In this document: one piece after another, positions 7,546 through 13,742 of the stretch | How positions within the stretch are numbered: position 1 is the first letter of the stretch | Layout: each line of letters starts with the position of its first letter | IMG/VR virus record: IMGVR_UViG_3300037119_003317 | Location: 1-25,853 of that record | Length of the DNA stretch: 25,853 nucleotides | DNA from: a virus | Lineage: Duplodnaviria; Caudoviricetes | Reading direction: 5' to 3' (one strand) | The notes under the pieces: generated by a model | What the model was told of the DNA's origin: nothing | Database searches by the model: none | What the model saw: the letters and a program-made list of their open reading frames with translations, nothing else | Made by a program: the position numbers and the translations under genes

Positions 7546-8313
7546 TCACGCGGTCGCGCTCTCCTCGACGGGGTGCAGAATCCCTGCCACCCTCACCGCG
7601 ATGTCTTCGAGCATCGCGGTTTCCTTCGGGGTGAGGGCCGTCAGCGAGTCGAGAACCTCGCCGATGGTCCGCAGCCGCGTGCTGTTGTTGCGTCCGGCAG
7701 GGACGTAACCAGCCTTCCTCGCAGCGGCAGGGGTGAGGGTGGTGTCGTCGCTGGTCTCACTCTTAGCCTTCGCAGCCTTCGACCCCTTCGACCCCTTCAC
7801 CTTCGACGGCTCAGCCGGGACGTAGGTCCCGCCCTTGTAGACCGCGTTCACAGCCTTCGTAATCGCGGTCTTCGAGTGAGCCTCACGGACCGGACCAGAC
7901 ACGCGCTTGTCGCTGTAGACGTGCGCGAGTCGTGCCACGGTCTCCGGAGTGCAGCCCATGGCGCGAGCCTTGCCACGCAGGATCCAAGCCACCAGCGTCG
8001 GCTGAGAGACCGGACCATCGGACACCGGAGACTGGAAACGCGGGAACGTCTCCGCGTCACCCTTGTAGTCCGCCGGAACCTGCGAGCCGTCAGCGAAGAC
8101 CAGCGCGGAAACGTAGTCGCGCTGCGTGCCGAGAGGCTTGCCCCTCCCGATCAGACCAGCCTTGTCCGCCGCGTAAGCGACATCCGAAGCCTTGTCAGCG
8201 ATCCCCTTCAGGGTCCCGCCCGTGGTGTTCCACTCCGCCGACACCGCAGCCACGTCCAAGAGGAACGGGGCAGGGTCCAGCGTCGTGTTCTTAACCTTGT
8301 CTGTTGCAGTCAT
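7546..8313 (-). CDS. Hypothetical Ala/Lys-rich protein (255 aa), monocistronic
   Basis: ORF 7546..8322 with ATG at 8313 after TAGGTG. It has its own terminator and a candidate promoter. Confidence 0.8.
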   Translation of the reverse strand: MTATDKVKNTTLDPAPFLLDVAAVSAEWNTTGGTLKGIADKASDVAYAADKAGLIGRGKPLGTQRDYVSALVFADGSQVPADYKGDAETFPRFQSPVSDGPVSQPTLVAWILRGKARAMGCTPETVARLAHVYSDKRVSGPVREAHSKTAITKAVNAVYKGGTYVPAEPSKVKGSKGSKAAKAKSETSDDTTLTPAAARKAGYVPAGRNNSTRLRTIGEVLDSLTALTPKETAMLEDIAVRVAGILHPVEESATA

Positions 8314-8423
8314 CACTAGCACCTATCTACGCCGCTCAGCCGCCCCAGACTGGGGCAGTGATGCTGAGCGCCGTGACCGACCCCAGAGACGCTTAGAACG
8401 GCTCTGGGGCAGTCACGCACAGG

Positions 8424-8443
8424 TGTCTGTCTGACTGACTTCC
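8424..8443 (-). repeat. 20-bp inverted repeat, right arm (TGTCTGTCTGACTGACTTCC)
   Basis: Exact reverse complement of 7522-7541. Confidence 0.9.
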
Positions 8444-8597
8444 GCTGTTGAGGTTTGCCCACGACGCGCGTTCGGTCACCATCGGCGCTTGTCCTGTCTG
8501 TCTTCGACTCGGCAGGGCTCGCGCTTGCGTCGTGAGGTTCGGCCCGGAGTCGCGATCCGGGCTAGCCCTAGGTGCTGGCTGGGTGGTGCTGGGGTGA

Positions 8598-8627
8598 ACC
8601 ATCCTCCCCGTGAGTCGAGTGTGTCAA
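8598..8627 (-). promoter_or_regulatory. Putative leftward promoter
   Basis: Perfect TTGACA, then CGACTCACG in the same register as at 7285-7314. The -10 is weak (GATGGT at 18 bp). Confidence 0.5.
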
Positions 8628-8682
8628 TACCTAGGGGCAGACTGATCTGTTTCCGCAGGTCACAGCGCTGCAAGGGCAGGCT

Positions 8683-8697
8683 GATAAGCCGCTTATC
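8683..8697. promoter_or_regulatory. 15-bp palindrome A, copy 6
   Basis: ctGATAAGCCGCTTATCag. Confidence 0.8.
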
Positions 8698-8710
8698 AGG
8701 GCACCAAGCT

Positions 8711-8726
8711 TCGAACAAGTGTTCGA
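8711..8726. promoter_or_regulatory. Actinobacterial LexA (SOS) box
   Basis: TCGAAC-AAGT-GTTCGA is a perfect match to the TCGAAC-N4-GTTCGA consensus and is intergenic. Confidence 0.75.
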
Positions 8727-8951
8727 CCCCGCACCCTCTCCACTCCCCAGGTGCAGCCAGCCTCACAGGGCGTTCTCTGGCAGGCCGGATATCCACTATC
8801 CGCACTCAATCCCGACTCACCACCCGTATTCCGTATCGGATTAGCGATTCTGGGGGCCTCCTGGCGGATCGGTGGACCTGGGGGGCGGATCTGGGGGTGA
8901 AATCCCGGGAGGGGGCGGTTCTGTGCGTCTCTCGGGGCGACTGGCGGGTTT

Positions 8952-8966
8952 GATAAGCCGCTTATC
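8952..8966. promoter_or_regulatory. 15-bp palindrome A, copy 7
   Basis: GATAAGCCGCTTATC 14 bp upstream of the GGAGG RBS of a 25-aa ORF. Confidence 0.8.
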
Positions 8967-8993
8967 GGAAGGCAACGGGTGGAGGATGGGGGT

Positions 8994-9071
8994 ATGGATC
9001 AGCTGGTGTTCACGGTTTCCGCCACGTTCCTGTTCGCGGTGGTCATGTGGTGGCGGACCAGGCATCCCTAG
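8994..9071 (+). CDS. Single-TM micro-protein (25 aa)
   Basis: GGAGG (8981-8985) 8 nt before ATG. MDQLVFTVSATFLFAVVMWWRTRHP. Confidence 0.55.
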   Translation: MDQLVFTVSATFLFAVVMWWRTRHP

Positions 9072-9150
9072 GCACACTCGTGTGCCGGAGTGTGTCATCG
9101 TGTGCCGGAGTGTGCGGCACACACCAGCACACTCGTGTGCCATAGTGTGC
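9071..9150. repeat. Cluster of GTGTG/CACAC repeats (putative RHH operator array and promoter)
   Basis: TCGTGTGCC(GG/AT)AGTGTG at 9078, 9098 and 9133. Near-palindrome GGCACACTCGTGTGCC at 9071-9086. CATAGT -10-like element 6 nt before ATG 9153. Confidence 0.7.
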
Positions 9151-9152
9151 CT

Positions 9153-9437
9153 ATGAGCACACGCATCCACATCATCCTCCCCGAGGACACCCTCAAGGAG
9201 CTGGACTCCCTGCGGGGTGCGGTCCCGAGGAGCGCCTGGGTCCGGGAACTCATCGAAGGCACCGTCCACCTCCCCCAGAACTCCAACGGCGACCTCAACG
9301 GTGTCGCACACCTTCCCGTCACGACCCAGGTCGACCTCGACGACCCCACCAATACCCCCAAGGACGGACACATCCACAGGCGGGTCGGGAAGATCGGGCA
9401 GAAACACTGCCGCCAGTGCAAGATGCCGATGCCATGA
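9153..9437 (+). CDS. Ribbon-helix-helix (CopG-like) protein with C-terminal HxH..CxxC (94 aa)
   Basis: MSTRIHIILPEDTLKELDSLRGAVPRSAWVRELIE fits the RHH pattern. No RBS, so probably leaderless. Confidence 0.75.
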   Translation: MSTRIHIILPEDTLKELDSLRGAVPRSAWVRELIEGTVHLPQNSNGDLNGVAHLPVTTQVDLDDPTNTPKDGHIHRRVGKIGQKHCRQCKMPMP

Positions 9438-9607
9438 GCCCCCGGATCAACTTCCGCCTCGCACCCTCCGGGTTGCAGTGGATCGAGGACCTCCAAGTCC
9501 TCCCCGGACTCGAAGACGCCGACAAGTCCGACATCATCCGGGCGGCGCTCGTCGTCGCACGACGACACGAACCCGAACTCATCGAGACCATCAAGGAGCA
9601 GATGTGA
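9434..9607 (+). CDS. Ribbon-helix-helix-like protein (57 aa)
   Basis: PRINFRL...DKSDIIRAAL, ATGA overlap. Confidence 0.65.
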   Translation: MSPRINFRLAPSGLQWIEDLQVLPGLEDADKSDIIRAALVVARRHEPELIETIKEQM

Positions 9608-9888
9608 ACAACAAGGCCCCCGTTACCAGGACCACGAAGAAGACTGTCAACGCCGCACCCGAGCCTCAGGTGCTCACCGAGGAGGACTACCAGATCGACC
9701 TCCCCCAGGTGATGCAGGCGGTGGGCGTGGACCCCAACACCGTCAAGGCCGAGTCCGCACACGTCGCGTTCCGCAACGGGGTAGCCATCCTCGAGTACAC
9801 CGTCGTCAGAGCAGTACCTCCCCACATCCTCGGCCTCGCACTCATGCGGGGCGCACACAAAGGAGAAGCAGGTGAACAGCAAGGCTGA
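9604..9888 (+). CDS. Hypothetical protein (94 aa)
   Basis: GTG after AAGGAG, 3' part of ORF 9217..9888. Confidence 0.75.
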   Translation: MNNKAPVTRTTKKTVNAAPEPQVLTEEDYQIDLPQVMQAVGVDPNTVKAESAHVAFRNGVAILEYTVVRAVPPHILGLALMRGAHKGEAGEQQG

Positions 9889-10024
9889 GGTCGTCGTCCA
9901 CGGCCAGAGGGTCGGCGAGCACGTCCTCGTCGAGTGCTCCCTCTGCGGACCGGTCGGCATCCACAAGGCCCCCATGTACACCGCCATCGAGACCCACGCC
10001 CAAGAGCACAAGGAGGAACAGTGA
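9872..10024 (+). CDS. C2H2-like Zn-finger micro-protein (50 aa)
   Basis: Manual translation ...VECSLCGPVGIHKAPMYTAIETHAQEHKEEQ, AAGGAG RBS. Confidence 0.65.
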   Translation: MNSKAEVVVHGQRVGEHVLVECSLCGPVGIHKAPMYTAIETHAQEHKEEQ

Positions 10025-10215
10025 AGGTCACCGTCACCGAAGTAGCCATCACCGACGACGAAGGACGCGAGGTGCGAGCACGTCTCGAACCCGGACCGGA
10101 CGGCAAGGACCAGTGGCGCGTCATCCCGCCCCTCGGGTCAGGAAGGGACGCCGAACTCATCTGGGCCAAGACCGCGAAGGCCAGGGACACCGAGGCGAAG
10201 AAGCTGATGAAGTGA
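10021..10215 (+). CDS. Hypothetical protein (64 aa)
   Basis: GTG after AAGGAGG, GTGA overlaps. Confidence 0.7.
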   Translation: MKVTVTEVAITDDEGREVRARLEPGPDGKDQWRVIPPLGSGRDAELIWAKTAKARDTEAKKLMK

Positions 10216-10424
10216 AGCGCTTCCACCTGGAGCGCGAAGTCGATGTCTCCGGGATCAGCGGAGTAGGCACGGTCGCCCACGGCATCCAGTTCCCGGACGG
10301 CACCGTCGCCATCCGATGGTCCGCAGGCGATCACCACTCCACGGTGGTGTGGGACTCCATGTCCTCCGTCGTCGCCATCCACGGCCACAACGGAGCCACC
10401 CGGATCGTGTGGTGGGACTCATGA
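10212..10424 (+). CDS. Conserved-type actinophage hypothetical protein (70 aa)
   Basis: RFHLEREVDVSGISGVGTVAHGIQFPDGTVAIRW...IHGHNGATRIVW. Confidence 0.75.
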   Translation: MKRFHLEREVDVSGISGVGTVAHGIQFPDGTVAIRWSAGDHHSTVVWDSMSSVVAIHGHNGATRIVWWDS

Positions 10425-10531
10425 GCGAACTGATCCTGCTCACCCTCTGCGTGCTCCTGGTCCTCGGCGGCATCGTCGGCCTCATCGCCCTCTCCCTCGC
10501 GCTGCGCGAGATGTTCGGGAGGGAAGGCTGA
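10421..10531 (+). CDS. Single-TM micro-protein (36 aa)
   Basis: MSELILLTLCVLLVLGGIVGLIALSLALRE, overlaps at both ends. Confidence 0.6.
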   Translation: MSELILLTLCVLLVLGGIVGLIALSLALREMFGREG

Positions 10532-10854
10532 TGGACGCCCGCAAGTTGTACTTCGAGGCCCAGACCGAAGCGGACTACCAGAAGAAGATCACCGACTACT
10601 GCGACCTCCACGGACTCAAGTGGCACCACGAGACCGACAGCCGGAAGTCCAAGAAGGGCTGGCCCGACCTCGTGATAGCCGGCCACAAGGACGTGATCTT
10701 CGTGGAGGTGAAGAAGGAGAAGGGCACCGTCACCCTCGACCAGAAGGAATGGCTCGAGAAACTCAAGTCCGCCGGAGCCACCACCTACATCTGGCGACCC
10801 TCCGACTGGGTGGTGGCCGAGCGCATCCTCAAACGCCTCGCCCGGGATGCGTAG
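10531..10854 (+). CDS. VRR-NUC domain PD-(D/E)xK nuclease (putative junction resolvase)
   Basis: TEADYQ...GWPDLVI...IFVEVK..KG.VTLDQKEWLEKL...IWRPSDW. Confidence 0.85.
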   Translation: MDARKLYFEAQTEADYQKKITDYCDLHGLKWHHETDSRKSKKGWPDLVIAGHKDVIFVEVKKEKGTVTLDQKEWLEKLKSAGATTYIWRPSDWVVAERILKRLARDA

Positions 10855-10863
10855 TCTTCTGCC

Positions 10864-11424
10864 ATGGCGATCATCCAGGACTCCTCCCACCCCACAGGCG
10901 TCACATCCACCGACAACGGAGGATCGAGCCTCGCCCGCGCACGCGCGAGGAAAGCATCAGCGGCCCTCGCCCTGCGGAAGAACAACGAGTCCTGGGAGGA
11001 CATCGCCAGGGAACTCGGCTACCCCACACCACGAGCGGCGCTCATCGCGGTGGAGGGTGCGCTCGAAGCAGGGCTCGCCACCCCCGAGTCCCAGGACTTC
11101 ATGCGCCAGATGGCCAGCGAGCAACTCCGCAGACTGCTCTACCCCACGATGAAGAAGGCCACCGACTCCGACGACCCCGACCAGTTGACAGCAGTCGGCA
11201 AGGCGAGGGAACTCGTCATGGACCACGCGAAGCTCAACGGGTACATGGCGCCCGCAGAACTCTCCATCTACAACCCTGCCGCCGGAGAGATCGAACAGTT
11301 CGTCGCGGCCATCCTCCACGACCGCCAGCCCAGCACCCTGGAGGAAGCGGACATCTTCGAGTTGCACGAGGACGAGGACGGCACCTGGACCACGGAGACC
11401 GAAGATGCCGTTCCGACTGAATGA
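10864..11424 (+). CDS. HTH protein, probable terminase small subunit
   Basis: LALRKNNESWEDIARELGY HTH, helical core, acidic tail, located upstream of the large terminase. Confidence 0.65.
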   Translation: MAIIQDSSHPTGVTSTDNGGSSLARARARKASAALALRKNNESWEDIARELGYPTPRAALIAVEGALEAGLATPESQDFMRQMASEQLRRLLYPTMKKATDSDDPDQLTAVGKARELVMDHAKLNGYMAPAELSIYNPAAGEIEQFVAAILHDRQPSTLEEADIFELHEDEDGTWTTETEDAVPTE

Positions 11425-11686
11425 CGAACGCGCCAAGATCCAGTGGGTCACCTACGCCGAGATGCCCCACCAGATCTACCAGGCCTGTCTCGCCAAGGGG
11501 ACCGTCTCCAACACCCGCTACATCCAGGAAGCGGTCTGCAAGGCCCTTGCCGAAGACCTCGGCATCCCCTACACCTCGCTCCTGTCACGCCTCCCACCCA
11601 GCAAGGGGAACGCCGCCACCCTGTTCGACAAGGACCGCAAAGCCGCCGCCCGGGGAAGGCACCACACCCAAGAACAGGTGCGATAG
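11405..11686 (+). CDS. Hypothetical protein, possibly RHH-like (93 aa)
   Basis: KIQWVT...SNTRYIQEAVCKALAEDL, GGAG RBS. Confidence 0.65.
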   Translation: MPFRLNDERAKIQWVTYAEMPHQIYQACLAKGTVSNTRYIQEAVCKALAEDLGIPYTSLLSRLPPSKGNAATLFDKDRKAAARGRHHTQEQVR

Positions 11687-11712
11687 GTGAAACACATGGG
11701 TACCCTGGAGAC

Positions 11713-11907
11713 ATGGCCAAGGTGCGGTACACCACCCGGTGCGCGAGATGCAGGAAGCGTCTGCCCTCCGGCGCCCAGGCCACCCACCTCCACGGCGGAT
11801 GGTGGTGCGGCCCATGCCTGATAGCGCACAAGCCACAGTGCCGGACGTACGCGGAGCCGTCGACCGCTTCAAGCGGTGGAGGCCTGCTGCTCAGGAGCAG
11901 GCACTAG
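11713..11907 (+). CDS. Possible Zn-finger protein (64 aa) overlapping the terminase start
   Basis: CARC...H...WCGPC...H. Confidence 0.4.
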   Translation: MAKVRYTTRCARCRKRLPSGAQATHLHGGWWCGPCLIAHKPQCRTYAEPSTASSGGGLLLRSRH

Positions 11908-13403
11908 CAGCGGTCCGCGCCGCCGAACTCGCGGACTGGCACCCCTTCTACTGCACCAACACCAGGTGCAACGGCCAGCCCCACGTCTGGCCCGCCGACG
12001 AGAGGGAGTGCCCCAAGCCCTTCGGCCACGAGTGGCACCTCATCGAGGACACCTGGGCCTGCGCCGACCCCTTGGGACAGGACGACGAGCACTTCTGCGG
12101 AGTGGTCGGCACCCTGCTGGACGACTGGGACTTCGGCCACGCCCGCACCGACCAGCGCCCACCGCCCTGGAAGAAGGACTGGCTCACCCTGTTCATGCGC
12201 GGAGGTAGAGGATCCGGCAAGACCAGGACAGGCTCCGAGATCACCAACCGCGTCACCAACCTCGTCCCCCGCATCACCCTCATCGGCCCCACCGGACCCG
12301 ACTTCCGCAACCTCATGATCGAGGGCGAGTCGGGGATCCTCGCCACCTCGCCCCCCGGCAAGCGTCCCCAGTGGGAACCCTCCAAGAAGCGACTCACCTG
12401 GCCCAACGGGTGCATCGCCGAAGGCTACTCAGCCGAGGAGCCCGACCGACTGCGAGGGCAGAACTCCTCGTTCATCTGGGCCGACGAGCCCGCCCACTGG
12501 GACCTCGTGCGGCAGTGCTGGGACAACATGTTGTTCGGTCTGCGGAAGGGCGACTACCCCAAGATCCTCGCCTCCTCCACACCCAAGCCCACCGAGTGGG
12601 TCAAGGAGCAACTCAAGGATGACTTCACGATCGACCGCGTGGTCCCCACCTACGCCAACATGTCCAACCTGTCTCCCGTGTTCCGCCGCATCATCATCGA
12701 CCGGTTCGAGGGCACCCGCCTCGGGAAGCAGGAGCTGTACGGAGAGATCCTCGACGACGTGGAAGGCTCCATGTGGAAGTGGGAGATGCTCCGCTACACC
12801 AAGACCGAGGACGTGCCCGAACTCACCCGCATCGTCGTCGGCATCGACCCAGCCGGCACCGCCAACAAGAGGTCGGACGAGACCGGGCTCATCATCGTCG
12901 GCATCGGCATCGACAAGAACTTCTACGTCCTGGCCGACCACACCGGCAAGTACTCCCCCGAGGGTTGGGGGTCTCTCGCCAACCAGCAGTACGTCGAGTA
13001 CCGCGCCGACGCCATCGTCCCCGAGGTCAACTTCGGGGAGGACATGGTGACCTTCGTCCTCGAGAACACGATCAACAACAAGGACCTGATGCCCCGCATC
13101 ATCGGCGCCAGGTCGAGGAGGGGTAAGAGCATCCGGGCCGAACCCATCGTCGCGCTCTACGAGAAGGGCAGGGTGTTCCACGTCGGGGACGACAGGGGCT
13201 CCCTGGAGAAGCTGGACGACGAACTCTGCACCTGGGTGCCCGGAGAGGGCGCATCCCCCAACCGGGTCGACGCCCTGGTGCACGCCATGACCGAGATCGG
13301 CAAGGTCGCCCTGCCTGCCGCGTTCGCGTTCCCCGGCGAACTCAAGGGTCAGGCGGCACTCCCCCTGCGCGGGCGTCCCCCGTTCGGGCGCACATATCCC
13401 TAG
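11814..13403 (+). CDS. terL: Terminase large subunit
   Basis: Walker A MRGGRGSGKT, LRG, Walker B FIWADE, coupling STPKP, nuclease IVVGIDPA and NRVDALVHA. The start is uncertain (11739-11838). Confidence 0.95.
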   Translation: MPDSAQATVPDVRGAVDRFKRWRPAAQEQALAAVRAAELADWHPFYCTNTRCNGQPHVWPADERECPKPFGHEWHLIEDTWACADPLGQDDEHFCGVVGTLLDDWDFGHARTDQRPPPWKKDWLTLFMRGGRGSGKTRTGSEITNRVTNLVPRITLIGPTGPDFRNLMIEGESGILATSPPGKRPQWEPSKKRLTWPNGCIAEGYSAEEPDRLRGQNSSFIWADEPAHWDLVRQCWDNMLFGLRKGDYPKILASSTPKPTEWVKEQLKDDFTIDRVVPTYANMSNLSPVFRRIIIDRFEGTRLGKQELYGEILDDVEGSMWKWEMLRYTKTEDVPELTRIVVGIDPAGTANKRSDETGLIIVGIGIDKNFYVLADHTGKYSPEGWGSLANQQYVEYRADAIVPEVNFGEDMVTFVLENTINNKDLMPRIIGARSRRGKSIRAEPIVALYEKGRVFHVGDDRGSLEKLDDELCTWVPGEGASPNRVDALVHAMTEIGKVALPAAFAFPGELKGQAALPLRGRPPFGRTYP

Positions 13404-13430
13404 TCTGGTCCGCAACCACCAAGGAGCACC

Positions 13431-13742
13431 ATGTCAGAGTTCGCCTGGGTCGCCGCGTTCGTGTTCGCCATCGGCGCGACCGCTCGCATCACGAGGCTGT
13501 TCACCTGGGACAAGTACCCGCCCATGGTGTGGCTGCGGATGAAGTGGGACGACCTCACCAACGACGGACCCTGGGCTCTGCTCATGCACTGCGGCTACTG
13601 CTTCGGCATGTGGGCAGGCGCCGTTGTCGTAGCATCGGGGTACCTGTCCGACTTCCACACCGCGTGGTGGCTGGTCTGCGGGTGGCTCACGATCTCCTAC
13701 TTCGGGGCGACATACATGGCACACGACGGAGATGACGACTGA
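13431..13742 (+). CDS. DUF1360-like membrane protein
   Basis: ATARITRLFTWD...LMHCGYCFGMW with TM segments, AAGGAG RBS, between terminase and portal. Confidence 0.75.
   Translation: MSEFAWVAAFVFAIGATARITRLFTWDKYPPMVWLRMKWDDLTNDGPWALLMHCGYCFGMWAGAVVVASGYLSDFHTAWWLVCGWLTISYFGATYMAHDGDDD

Noticed and set aside
7522-8443. IS element or MITE
   Set aside because: The enclosed protein has no DDE, HUH or recombinase motif, and no target-site duplication is evident.
7240-9000. tRNA or tmRNA genes in the non-coding region
   Set aside because: No cloverleaf with proper D and T arms was recognisable by eye. tRNAscan/ARAGORN would be decisive.
9071-9150. Mini-CRISPR array
   Set aside because: Repeats are 17 bp with 3-18 bp gaps, too short for repeat-spacer units.
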